From: Squalus acanthias
Lineage: Eukaryota
Direction of reading: 5' to 3'
DNA length: 64,000 nt
Assembly: GCA_030390025.1 (NCBI GenBank)
Contig: CM059431.1
Span: 95,110,001 to 95,174,000 of the forward strand
The notes under the pieces are model-generated. The model ran no database searches, was not told the origin of the DNA, and saw only the letters and a list, made by a program, of their open reading frames with translations. Shown piece by piece: positions 51,320 through 62,719 of this stretch. Position 1 is the first letter of the stretch. Every line of letters begins with the position of its first letter. The translations under genes were made by a program, and so were the position numbers.

Positions 51320-52470
51320 AACTCGCACAACAGCAGGACCAACAGCAGGAGTGCCAACCTCTTCCTCAGCCACCCGATGATGCACAGGGCAGAGGGTGTC
51401 AGCGCAGGGCTGCACCTCGCCACAGGAGCAACCCCCAACACCGGGTTTACAGGCTGAGGATGAGCTTCCTCAACATGAGTGAGCAGCAGTGCCAAAGGAG
51501 GCTGAGACTTTCACGAGAGGTAGTCACTGACATCTGCACACTGCTGCACCAACATCTGGAGCCCAGAGAAGCGTGTGGACACTCCTTACCAGTGGCTGTC
51601 AAAGTCACCAGCGCACTCAACTTCTTTGCTTCGGACTCCTTCCAGGGATCAGCAGCAGACATCAGCGGCATCTCCCAGTCGGCCGCACACACCTGCATTA
51701 CACAAGGTACCGATGCCCTGTTTGCAAAGTCGCACAATTACATCCACTTCTCCACGGATGAAGCAAGTGTAACCTCACATGCAGTTGGCTTTGCAAAGAT
51801 GGCAGGCTTCCTAAGAATACAGGGCGTCGTAGACTGCACACCTGTGACCATTAGGGCACCCCATCACAACCCAGCTGTATTTGTCAATCGCAAGAGCTTT
51901 CACTCCCTTCACGTCCAGCGTGTAACCACAGGAAGATCATTATGCATGTTTGCACTAAGTACCCTGGCAGTTGCCATGACTCCTTCATCCTGCGGCAGTC
52001 TACTGTGCCTCAGTTCTTCAATCCGGCAACCCAACTTTCCGGATGGCTACTTGGCGACAAGGGCTATCCCCTGAAAAAGTGGCTCATGACACCGATGAGG
52101 AGGCCATCAAACGAGGCTGAGAGGCAGTACAATGTGAGCCACTTTTCCACCAGAAGCATCATCGAATCAAACCATCGGCTTGCTGAAAATGCGATTCTGA
52201 TGCCTCGACAGATCTGGTGGAGCCTTGCAGTATGCACCAGCCAGGGTCTCCAGAATCATCGTGGTCTGCTGTGCCCTGCACAACATCGCACAGCAGCGTG
52301 GCTTAGCGCTGCCTGAGGAACAAGTGGCTCAGCGCAGAGCATCCTCAGAAGACGAGGAAGCGGAAGATGAGTGACGCCTTGCGGGGCTGGATGTGCCAAT
52401 TCCACCAGCATGCGAGCACATTGCTGGCGGTCAGGCAAGGGATGCACTCATCCATGCCAGATTCGCGTAA
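51320..52470 (+). pseudogene. Harbinger DDE transposase (HARBI1-family), frameshifted
   Basis: [75 protein letters not shown]; frameshifts near 51920 and 52170. Confidence 0.95.
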
Positions 52471-52767
52471 GCTTACGCTTCAACCACAGGTGGCTGGCAG
52501 ATGGAGATGAATGTCTGGACGACCTTCTTAACGCGCCATACAGCATCTCTCCAATAAACAGTGCTTTCCTATCACTCTCACCACCATCATTACAAGTGCA
52601 AGTCGCCCTGAGCCCTCACTGTGCAACTTCCATTTCTCAGCACACATAGGCCAAATCTTCAATTCTTTGCCATCACTTTTGTTTAATAAAATGACAATCA
52701 GGATGACAATCACTACTTTGTGACACAAGAAAACACCCAAGTGACTACCCTTGTGATTATTTGTGTG

Positions 52768-54655
52768 TTAACTTTCTCTTAAGCGTGCTTCTACATAGTG
52801 GTTCCCCTGTGGCTTCAGCAGATGTAGAGGCACCTTGCTCACTTTTATGCTGCGCCTGCTTAGACGCCTTTGGCGGGCGTCCTCTGGGTTTGGGAGCCTG
52901 GGAGAGTTCCTCCACAATCTGCTCTTCCTACAGCTGTGCAGGGGCTGAGACGGCCATCTCAGAACCTGGGGCTCTGACCGAGAGCTCCGCAGTGGCATGG
53001 TCATGTGAGCACTTGGAGAGGTGCCCACACTTCCTTGTTGTCTGCCACCAACATCCCTCTCATGGGTCACCTGCACTTCAGTGCTAGCAAGTGGCTGGAG
53101 AGCACCTTGCTGCACATCAGTGGGGCCATGAAGACCCATCTCTGTATTGACAGTCTTCATAACGGGGACGTCCATGTACCTCTGGTGTCTCTCCTCAATA
53201 GATGCTCATCTATCCCCCATAGCAGACCATCTATTTAGAAGAGTCACCATGCTCTGTTGAGTCTGGCGACTTATGTACTCCATGGAGGTTGCTACCCTCT
53301 CCATGGTGGCATGTTCATGCGTCATTGCCTCCACCAAGGCAGTGTTCATGTTAGAGATGGACTCCTCCATTCTCTGCACACTCGCAGTTACCGTGGATAC
53401 AAACACTGTCAGAAGCTCCTGCATTTGTTCCTGAAGTTCCAGCACCGCTCTCTTTCTGGATGGCCCCAGAGGCACAGTGTCTACATGCAGCTGAGCAGAG
53501 CTAGGAGGGTCCTGCGACCTCTGATGAGGACTCTCCACTGCTGTCCCTGTCTCTACCATCTGCTGATGCTCACTTGTGAGCTGTGATACACCAGGTGACA
53601 ACACTACTATGTCCCGAAGCCCCGCCGAGGTGTGCGTATCTGCGCTGGTGCTCGGTGCGCTGAGTCCTGGTGACGCTGCTCCCTCAGAGGCTGCAGGTTC
53701 TTCTGAGGAGTTGTCCGGCACTCCCTCCTGGACAGTGGGGAGGGGGGCTCTCAATGGTCCTGTGGGGGAGTAAAGGCATGAGTTAGACATCTGATATTTA
53801 GGTAGCAGACACATCCTATTGTGCAGATGATCAAAAGTCAATCTCTATGAGCATCAGATGCCATTTCAGTCAATCATGAAATCTAAATGAGAGGGTTGAA
53901 AATCTATTCTGTCATCAGCTTCCTCTACTGCGCCCGTCCCTCCGTCCCCCATTTCCAGCTCCTTGCCACCTCCCACGATGTCGTGAGCAGCCTCCTCAGC
54001 GCTTGTTAAAGTTGTGACTGGTGTGGCCCTCCTCTGTCGTCGCTTTCCCCCATTTATTGTGGGCTATCTTTTTGTGCAAGGAGGGACACAAGTGGAGTTT
54101 CAGCGAGAGTGATGAAGTGACTGTGAAGAATCCATAACATAGAAGCTTAGAGGGAGACCAAGATGGAGTGAGGTGTCAAGAGGAAGGTGCCTCCCTGTGC
54201 GTTGTTAGTTGTTATCATTGCATAACAGTGAGAGCGAGTGTGAGGGGTTCTTGGTCGGATGGTGAAGTGATTCAGTACATAGAGAGAGATGGATAAGTAA
54301 GGGTGCAAGGGAAGTAAGGGTAAGGTGTGATGTGGAGGAGCAGGCTGACAATGCAGAGTGCTGGTGATGAGAAGAGAAGGGAAGCAGATTGAAGGAAAGT
54401 GTGATGTGATACTCACTTTGGATGAGCACAGAAGATCATTGAACTGTTTCCGGCACTGGACCCAGGTGCGTGAACAAATGGACCTAGCACTTAGTTCCTT
54501 AGCAATATGCAGCCAGGCTACCTTTGTTTGCTGAGGAGGCTTCCTCTGGCCATCGGAGGGAACATAATCTCCCTGCGCCCTCTTACTCCCTCCACAAGAG
54601 CTTGGAGGGAGTCCTCATTGAAGCGTGGAGCAGCCTTCGGTTTGGCAGCAGTCAT
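52768..54655 (-). pseudogene. Harbinger Myb/SANT-like DNA-binding partner gene, 3 exons (54655-54417, ~54073-53916, 53759-52768), disrupted
   Basis: MTAAKPKAAPRFNEDSLQALVEGV...AWLHIAKEL...RTWVQCRKQFNDLL followed by GTGAGT; exon 2 KIAHNK; acceptor CCCCCACAG at 53760; coiled-coil-like exon 3 with a stop at 53206. Confidence 0.88.
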
Positions 54656-54923
54656 GGTCACCTGGGTCGATTTCCAGAGCAGCACAAAGGAAATGAGAGC
54701 TGAGGCTACACGGGCCCCTTAAAAACAACTGAATGAATGACATCATCAGAGGCGATCAGCAGACCCGCTCCCACTCATTGGGCTGGGTAGCACGCACGGC
54801 GGGCTTAATGAGCCCACTTCATTTAAAATCGTGAATTGTGAGCGGCTGAAACCGGCAGCGCGACCGGAACCCACCCAGCAGGCAACTCGAGTCCAACCCA
54901 CCTCCTCAAAGAAAATCGTGGCT

Positions 54924-55032
54924 GTTAACTCTGTTTCTCTCTCCACAGTTGCTGCCTGACCTGCTGAGTAATTCCAGCATTTCCTTTGTTTATTTCAGAT
55001 TTCCAGCATCTGCAGTATTTTGCTTTTGTATT
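54924..55032 (+). mobile_element. Penelope-like element piece 3: 3' terminus
   Basis: gttaactctgtttctctctccacagttgctgcctgacctgctgag...ttcagatttccagcatctgcag; assignment from recall of chondrichthyan PLE ends and colinearity with pieces 1-2. Confidence 0.7.
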
Positions 55033-55450
55033 GGTTATCCATATCATTGGTAATACTGAACTATATCTTACTAAGCTTCACCAGGTGACTGTCCAGGCTA
55101 GAAGAAGTCAGTGGCAACCTAGGTTATTCAAAACGACTTTCTTCTATTGGCATGAAACAGCAAGAGAGGGTGAGAAGAATTGCTGTCCTCTGTGGGCAAT
55201 CTCTACCCTCTTGTGAGGATGCCAAGATCACCATTGCTGTTTTGAATGTAACGGTTGTATATGATATACCCAAACAGCTCTATGCCCATGCACAATGGGC
55301 GAAGTGGGCATCGGCAGGATACAACTGTGATGGCAAATTATTTAAATAACATTTAAATATTTACTGGATCTCTGTTGCACTTTACTGAAAAATGATGGAA
55401 TCATTCATCAGCTTTATTTATTTGCTGCAAGGAGTAATTTTATCAAAAAG

Positions 55451-56620
55451 TTTTACATTCACAGTCCCACGTATGGCTGAGCTGTTGCCTCTTACTATAT
55501 CAACAAACAGTATTTAAATGAAAATGCAGCTCTACAGATCAATCAAAAGATTGATCCAACAACTTTCGCAGAGAAACACAGAGGGATTTACAGGAAACTT
55601 TCGTTTATCCGGCATCGACGGGACCGGCGTGGTGCCGGTTTATCGAAAGTACCGGATAACAGAGAGTTATATCTACCGAGGCTATTTTTAACAAAGAGAC
55701 TCCAAGCAGCACAGGAGAATCTACTCCTGCTACTGCAATGTTTCGGACTTGCGACAGCGCCAGGAGGCCGAGTAGTGGCACTTTTGAAAAGTACCCCTAC
55801 TGACTAAATCGGCGTTCTCGGACTCTGACTCGGACTCGGGATCGGCAACATTGCCGGTTATTTGAGAGGATTTTTCGGAGCACTCGGCGTTCGCGAAGAC
55901 TCGACTGCGACTCGGCAACATTGCCGGTTATTTGAGAGGAGTTTTCGGAGGATGATTTTTGCCGGTTAAGCGAGAATTCCGGATATTTGGGTGCCGGATA
56001 AACGAAAGTTTCCTGTATTGAGGGATACCTTTTAGGGTGCATTCACACTACAACCATTGGATAGGTGTGAAGCAGTTTGTTTTCACATCTGTATAGCAGT
56101 TAGCATAAATGCAGCCTGAATCTAGAGTCAGGACCTGGCCTAACAGCAAAGTGAGATCCCCAGTCAGGTTGGGCCTAAACACCCAATTTACACTCTGAGT
56201 TTAGTGTTGTTGTGAAGCATCTTCGGTATTGCACCAACACTAAACTTACGGAGTGTAAATACATTTCCAGATTTATCCATCATTAGCATCAAACTAGAAT
56301 CTTGGGTTATCAAAAAAGGAATCCTTAATCTAGGCAGGTATTTCCAAACAAATGTTCAAAAGCTTTCAAGTAGTTTTACCTCACTTGTAGCTGTGTATTT
56401 TTCTCTATCTGCTTTATAATAATTTTTAAATTTGTTTGAAAATGTTCTCAGTTCTGATTTTTCATTGTAGTTTCAGGCTTTTTCCAGAAGTCCAAAGTCG
56501 CGTGATTGACAGTTGGATCAATACGTACAAAAGGCTGTAGAGCTGCATCTTCATTTAAATACTGCTTGTTGGTATAGTAAGAGGCAACAGCTCAGCCATA
56601 TGTGGGACTGTGAATGTAAA
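55451..56620. repeat. Long inverted repeat, ~87-bp core arms (55451-55537 / 56535-56621), extendable inward to ATTGATCCAAC
   Basis: ttttacattcacagtcccac.tatggctgagctgttgcctcttactata...atgcagctctacag present in both orientations with few mismatches. Confidence 0.9.
55591..56015. mobile_element. Tc1/mariner (Tigger/pogo-like) MITE, 425 bp
   Basis: Perfect 24-bp TIR CAGGAAACTTTCGTTTATCCGGCA; TA on both sides. Confidence 0.93.
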
Positions 56621-57254
56621 AGGATTTTGAACAAAGACATTATGTCATGATCAAGCAACGTGTTTCTATTTAATAGGTGTTGTCATGCGTGATATGAGAT
56701 TGAATCATTAAAGCAGACCACGACCTCTGCTAATCAGGGTACGAGCAGCAACAAGGTTATCTTACACTAATCTGCTTGCGTATGGCGCGCCACCCGTTTC
56801 CAGTCCTTGGTGTTTTTGCTGACCTCAATGATCAGAAAAAAGTTACAATGAAAGATGGAACAATATGCAATTGATTTGTTGAAGCATCAGTTGCAACACA
56901 TGCAACCACTCCATGCCTGAGTGGTTATTAATACAATCCGTTAGTGAACTCTTTTAGAAGGCTTGTTATACAGGGGCATTTTCTCTATTTCAATTTCAAA
57001 TCTGTTTTATTTCAAATTTGATTCCCAGGTTTTCCATGTTTCCATCTATTTCATTTTCTCATATTTTCCTCACGGCTCTCACTTCCTGAAATATTTACGT
57101 GCCCTTTGTTTCATTGATGTTTTTCATTTCTTCGTTGTTTCTGTCTATTACTGGAGTGTGATGATCTGTGTCTGTTTGATCTTTAGACTTTGTTTTCCCT
57201 CACTTCACCCCTTTTCAATCCTATTAATATGCTTGTTCATCTCTTATTTTTGAG

Positions 57255-57385
57255 TTCCAATGAAGGGTACGAGCCCAAAACATCGACTGTTCATTCTTTC
57301 TACAGATTCTGACAGACCTACTGTATGCTTCCAGTCTTTTCTGTTTTCGCTTTGGATCTCCAGCATTTTAGATATTTTACTTTTT
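57255..57385 (+). mobile_element. Highly diverged Penelope 3' terminus
   Basis: atgaagggtacgagcccaaaacatcgactgtt...acagattctgacagacctactg...tccagcat; resembles 54924-55032, with an eroded hammerhead-like core. Confidence 0.5.
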
Positions 57386-57714
57386 TTGCCTCCCCCAGGA
57401 CTTTGCATTCCTAGGAACTGGGGAGGGTAGTGCATGAGGCTGCATCATCTAATAGATAGCATGGACAGGTCTGATGGTCTTCTTTCACCTTTCTTGTATC
57501 TTCAAACCTCTAAGCCCCAAAATTGAGAGACTTGCTCAATGGGAGCACAGATTGTAAAATTGGGTGTCAAGTAGTGCAGCCTTGCTGCAATTTTAGTTGC
57601 AGCAACCAAATATATGAAGGTGATAAATCCTTTGAGAATTTCTCTTGCACTTACAGGAGGAAGGGAAGTTTCTATGAAGGGATCCAAAACAGGTGCAATT
57701 ACACAAGATGTAGA

Positions 57715-58024
57715 GACTCCCCAAGGCCTCTCCACCACCTACAAAGCACAAGTCAGGAGCATGATGAAATACTCTCCACTTGCCTTGATGCGTGGAGCTC
57801 CAACAGCACTCAAGAAGCTCAACACCACCCAGGATAAAGCAATCCGCTTGATTGGCAGCCAATCCACCACCTTAACCATTGACATCTTCAACCACCGGCG
57901 TACCGTGGCTGCAGTGTGCACTATCTACAGGATGCACTGTTGCAACTCACCAAGGCTTCTTCGATAGCACCTCCCAAAGATTTGACCTCCACTACCTAGA
58001 AAGACAAGAGCTGCAGGTGCACGG
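57715..58024 (+). mobile_element. LINE RT C-terminal fragment, same family as 37093-38785
   Basis: YKAQVRSMMKYSPLALM...QDKAIRLIG. Confidence 0.85.
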
Positions 58025-58039
58025 TCTAAGAATATTTCT

Positions 58040-58753
58040 GGCCCGTATTTTCCGATTGGAGGCTTCCTGCGTGCGGAGTCCTCCGATCTGGAAAAAATCT
58101 ACGCCCTTACCTGGGGGCTCCAGAGGTCCGGCCATTTCCGCGCCTGGGCATCTCCACAACGAAATGCGCAGGGCCCAGGTAATCCAGGGGCGCATGCGGT
58201 TCGCAAGTGTCCCTAGGATCACGTGGGCCATGGGAAACCAATGGGAGGATGAAATCTCCCTTCATACTTTTGACAGGTCTCAGCTTAGACCCAACAAAAG
58301 TATGAATGGAGATCACTCCAAAAACACATCAAAACATTAAATACATTTTTTTAAATCACGTTTTTAAAATTAGTTAAAATTACATTAAATTAAATATTTT
58401 AAACAAAAATTTAAGTTTTTTATGGGGCTAACAATAAACTTACCTTTTTTAAAAGTATTTTTAAGTTATAAATGAGTGAAAAAAACATTTTTAAAAAACT
58501 TTTTTAAACTTTTATGCTGGTAAAAGCAGGCCTTACGCTGCTTTTACCAGGCGTAAGATTTTTAAGGGATTTCAGCGGGCGGAGGTTCTGCAGAAAGCGG
58601 AACTCTCCATCTACAGAGGCCCATCTCCAGGGCAGGTGTGCGATCGGTCAAGAGGATTCTTGACCGATCGGAAGTGCCGGTTTTCAGCGCATGCGCTTTG
58701 CATGCCTGAAACCGGCATTTCCGAAGTCCCTACGGGATTTAAAAATACGGGCC
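58040..58753. mobile_element. Harbinger-type MITE (divergent family A member, 714 bp)
   Basis: Perfect 12-bp TIR GGCCCGTATTTT; shares GGATCACGTGGGCCATGG..CCAATGG, AT-rich core and subterminal palindrome; flanks TCT/GAT are not a clean TSD. Confidence 0.82.
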
Positions 58754-58765
58754 GATATGTTTTTA

Positions 58766-59494
58766 CATAGAAACATAGAAGATAGGAGCGGGAGTAGGCC
58801 ATTCGGCCCCTCGAGCCTGCTCCGCCATTCAATGCGATCATGGCTGATCATCCAAATTCAGTACCCTGTCCCTGCTTTCTCCCCATATCCCTTGATCCCC
58901 TTAGCCTTAAGAAATATATCTAACTCCTTCTTGAATATATTTAATGAATTGGACTCAACTGTCTTCTGTGGTAGAGAATTCCACAGGTTCACCACTCTCT
59001 GGATGAAGAAATTCCTCCTCATCTCAGTCCTAAATGGCTTACCCCTTATCCTTAGACCCCTGGTTCTGGAATCCCCCACCATCGGGAACATCCTTCCTGC
59101 ATCTAGTCTGCCTAGCCCTGTTAGAATTTTAAAAGTTTCAATGAGATCCCCTCTCATTCTTCTAAACTTTAGTGAATACAAGCTAAATCGACCCAATCTC
59201 TCTTCATACGTCATTCCTGCCATCCCAGGTATCAGTCTGGTGAATCTTCGCTGCACTCCCTCCATGGCAAGAACATCCTTCCTCAGATAAGGCGACCAAA
59301 ACTGCACACAATACTCAAGGTGTGGTCTCACCAAGGCCCTGTACAACTGCAGCAAGACATCCTTGCTCCTGTACTCAAATCCTCTCGCTATGAAGGCCAA
59401 CATACCATTTGCCTTCTTAACCGCCTGCTGCACCTGCATGCTTACCATCAACAACTGGTGCACAAGGACACCCAGGTCTCGTTGCACTTCCCCT
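58766..59494 (-). mobile_element. 5'-truncated CR1, closely similar to the 3' part of copy B
   Basis: Open 209-aa frame ending KGYGEKAGTGY; CATAGAAA tail. Confidence 0.95.
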
Positions 59495-59804
59495 AATACA
59501 AACAGAACAGTGATGTAGACAGTTTGGTTTAAATCATGTTCTCAAAAAGCCTGTCTTTTCCCCTTAATGCTGCTGATAAGATAAAGCTTTTAAAGCACAG
59601 GCTTTTCATCACAGCAGGTGGTAGTATACACGCAGACAATATAAAGGGTAATGTGCTCCTTTGAGAAGAACATCAAAAGATTGTTTACAATAGAGCCATG
59701 GCTTGGGAAATCAATGATAGGAAGTAACAGTAGGGTGTGAAAAGGCATGGGTTTCTCATCTCTGTTTGGCAAACTCATCAAGCAACAGGGTGATCATAAA
59801 ACAT

Positions 59805-60031
59805 AATTGAGAGGTCGCACAACACCAGGTTATAGTCCAACAGTTTTATTTGAAATCACAAGCTTTCGGAGCTATCGATTGCTCCTTCCTCAAGCTCCTT
59901 CTTCACCTGAGGAAGGAGCAATCGATAGCTCCGAAAGCTTGTGATTTCAAATAAAACTGTTGGACTATAACCTGGTGTTGTGCGACCTCTCAATTTTGTC
60001 CACCCCAGTCCAACACCGGCATCTCCGCATC
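59805..60031 (+). mobile_element. Non-coding Penelope mini-insertion (inverted pLTR pair)
   Basis: 88-bp perfect inverted arms 59805-59892 / 59908-59995; 12-bp direct repeat ATCATAAAACAT at 59793-59804 and 60032-60043. Confidence 0.92.
59903..59944 (+). ncRNA. Minimal type I hammerhead ribozyme motif
   Basis: TCAC-CTGAGGA-A-GGAGC-AATCGATA-GCTCC-GAAA-GC-TT-GTGA, identical to 42175-42216. Confidence 0.8.
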
Positions 60032-60097
60032 ATCATAAAACATGACATAGGATTGCATCCAGCAGGAAGAAAACTATTCAAAAAATGTATTAAAGAG

Positions 60098-61906
60098 ATC
60101 ATAGAATAGTATCATAGAATCATAGAATGGTTACAGCACAAAAGGAGGTCATTCCACCCGTCGAGCTGGTGCCGGCTCTCTGCAAGAGCACTTCAGCTAG
60201 TTCCATTCCCCCGTCCTTTCCCCATAGCCCTGAATTTTTTTTTATCTTCAGGTACTTATCCAATTCCCTTTTGAAAGCCACATTTAAGTCTGCCTCCACC
60301 ACCCTTTCAGGCAGTGCATTCCAGATCCTAACCACTCGCTGCGTAAAAAAGTTTTTTCTCATGTCGCCTTTGGTTCTTTTGCCAATCACCTTAAATCTGT
60401 GTCCTCTGGTTCTCGACCCTTCCGTCAATGGGATCAGTTTCTCTCTATCTACTGTCTAGACCCATCATGATTTTGAACACCTCTATCAAATCTCCTCTCA
60501 ACCTTCTCTGCTTTGATTTATGAAGCTCAGAATCCTGTATGCTTTTTAAATCGCTTTCTCAACCTGCCCTGCCACCTTCAACGATTTGTGCACATATACC
60601 CCTAGGTCTCTCTGTTCATGCACCCACTTTAGGATTGTACCCTTTAGTTTATATTGGCCCAAAAATTCGTGAGGAAGCCTTCGTGCGAGGGTAAGGCTTC
60701 CCCGCGATCTCTCACTGCGCGTTGGCTTTTTCAGTTCCAGCTCGCACGAACTTGATGTTCTGGACAGCTGCTGTGCTGGGCTTGCGTATCCCACAGGCGT
60801 AGTTAATTTGTGCGCGCTGTGGGATCACGTGACTCAGTTAGAGCCAATGGCAGCACACCATCTTCCATTCATAACTTTCACATAAGTGCTGTGAAAGCTA
60901 TGAATACTATAGCCCCCCAAAAGACCAGCTAAACCTCAATTAAATTTTTAAAAAAACCATCACATTAATAAAATAAGTATAGTTAAATAAATTAACCATT
61001 TTAAATAAAAAATTAAATTTTTGAAAAAATTTAAAATCTTTTAAAAAGTTATAAAAATAAACTTACCTGTCTTTAAAGTCTCTAAAAAAGATATACCTGT
61101 TAAAAAAAATTCAAAATAAAACTTAATTCACTACTTACCTTGTTAAAAGTGGGTCTTTCTCCTCCTTTTTTTATGTGTAAAATCTTCCATACTTACCTGC
61201 GCGTTGAAACCACTCAGTGCACTGCATGCGCGCAGCCTGTAGCGCGCACGCGGTTCACCTAGGAACCGCCCCCTTTTCCATTCACCAAGTGCCGGTTTTC
61301 AGCGCATGCGCAGTGCATGAAGAAAACCGGCAATTGGAGACAGAATACGCGAGAGTACACAGTGCGTACTCTCGCGTATCAACACAAATTTTTGGGCCAT
61401 TGTCTCTCCTCATTCTTCCAACCAAAATGTATCACTTTGGACTTTTCTGCATTAAATTTCATCTGTCTCGTGTCCGCCCATTTCACCAGCCTGTATGTCT
61501 TCTTGAAGTCTATCACTATCCTCCTCACTGTTCACTGTACTTCCAAGTTTTGTATCATCTGCAAATTTTGAAATTGTGGCCTGTACACCCAAGTCCAAGT
61601 CATTAATATATATCAAGAAAAGCAGTGGTTCTAGTACCGACCCCTGGGGAACACCACTGTGCACTTTCCTCCAGTCCGAAAAACAACCGGTCACCACTAC
61701 TCTCTGTTTCCTGTCACTTAGCCAATTTCGTATCTATGCTGCCACTGCCCCTTTTATTCCATGGGCTTCAACTTTGCTGGCAAGCCTATTATGTGGCACT
61801 TTATCAAACGCCTTTTGGAAGTCCGTGTACACCACATCAACCGTATTGCCCTCATCAACCCTCTCTGTTACCTCATCAAAAACTCGATCAACTTAGTTAA
61901 ACTTGA
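60098..61906 (-). mobile_element. CR1 RT + 3' end, internally deleted, interrupted by a MITE and cut by an LTR element
   Basis: CATAGAAT tail; GVPQGSVL, FADDTK. Confidence 0.92.
60656..61398. mobile_element. Harbinger-type MITE (family A, 743 bp)
   Basis: Perfect 12-bp TIR GGCCCAAAAATT; ATT TSD both sides; CR1 host rejoins. Confidence 0.93.
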
Positions 61907-61938
61907 TGTAATGTTTTTACTTAGTTGGAAGAAAGAAA

Positions 61939-62719
61939 GGGGGTGAAATTCCCCATGAGTGCCGTTTGGGGCGCTAAGTAAAACATGTTTGGAAAGTTAG
62001 CACCAGGCACTAACCTTTTCAAACATTAGTTAAATTCCCATTTTTTCTTCCAAGAGGGAAGTGGAGCACTAAATGAAGTGCTCCACTTGCCTCTTGGAGC
62101 GCAAGAGGTGGGAAATGTCCCGATCTGGGGCAAAGTGCTCAGCAGCGCCACAAGTGGCCAAGCATGGCACTGCCGCATTGCTGTGGCTCTTCCCTGCATT
62201 AAAGGGAAGGGCTCCACACTGCGAGCTCTGCAGGTTTATTTTTAGATATGTGGGCCACCGGGGAGCGGGAGTGCCACGCGATAAGTGAGGCACTCATGCA
62301 GAGTGCTGGGCTGACCGATCGCGGCATGAACGCCACAGCCGGTGGCCGAAAATAAATATTTTTTAAAAATCAGCAGATTTTTTTGGCTGACTGCCCACCA
62401 TGCCTTTAAGTTGTGCCCCGCGAGCGGCCAGCCTCTGTGTTTGCGACCCCTGCAGCAGTCGGTAACATCGCCTGCTGCTGCGGGGCGTGATTGCGAATTT
62501 TTCTTCTGAGGCGCTACCGGGACGCTGCGCCCGGTGATGACATCATAATCTCTGGGCGCAGAAGATCAGGGCGCTACCCGGGCGTGCCACCGCTAACCTC
62601 CCACGGAATTTCGCAGGAGGCGCGATTATCGCCTCGGGGGGGGGAGGGGGAGGCGCAAAGCCATTCATGCCCCATTAGCGCCTCCCACCGGAGGCGCAAA
62701 CAAGGGGAATTTCACCCCC
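61939..62719. mobile_element. Harbinger-type MITE (family B, 781 bp)
   Basis: Perfect 16-bp TIR GGGGGTGAAATTCCCC; AAA TSD. Confidence 0.92.

Larger units (their letters stand above)
51320..54923. mobile_element. Decayed autonomous-type PIF/Harbinger transposon, left end missing
   Basis: Convergent transposase and Myb/SANT genes; right terminus ...AAAATCGTGGCT followed by resumed Penelope sequence. Confidence 0.9.

Noticed and set aside
51268..52470. Domesticated HARBI1 gene
   Set aside because: Frameshifted, ORF start lies in CR1 sequence, and it retains a Myb partner and transposon end
57255..57290. Active hammerhead in the old Penelope end
   Set aside because: Core eroded (CAATGA for CTGANGA; AAAA for GAAA)
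58691..59290. 199-aa ORF and other long antisense ORFs over CR1 copies
   Set aside because: Shadow frames of CR1 ORF2, recurring wherever CR1 occurs
59495..59800. Host exon in unassigned DNA (also 55030-55440 and 56630-57250)
   Set aside because: No recognisable protein motif or convincing splice pair; cannot be excluded without RNA-seq
61189..61199. U1 snRNA gene (ATACTTACCTG equals the U1 5' end)
   Set aside because: Similarity stops after 11 nt; better read as a consensus splice donor on the minus strand
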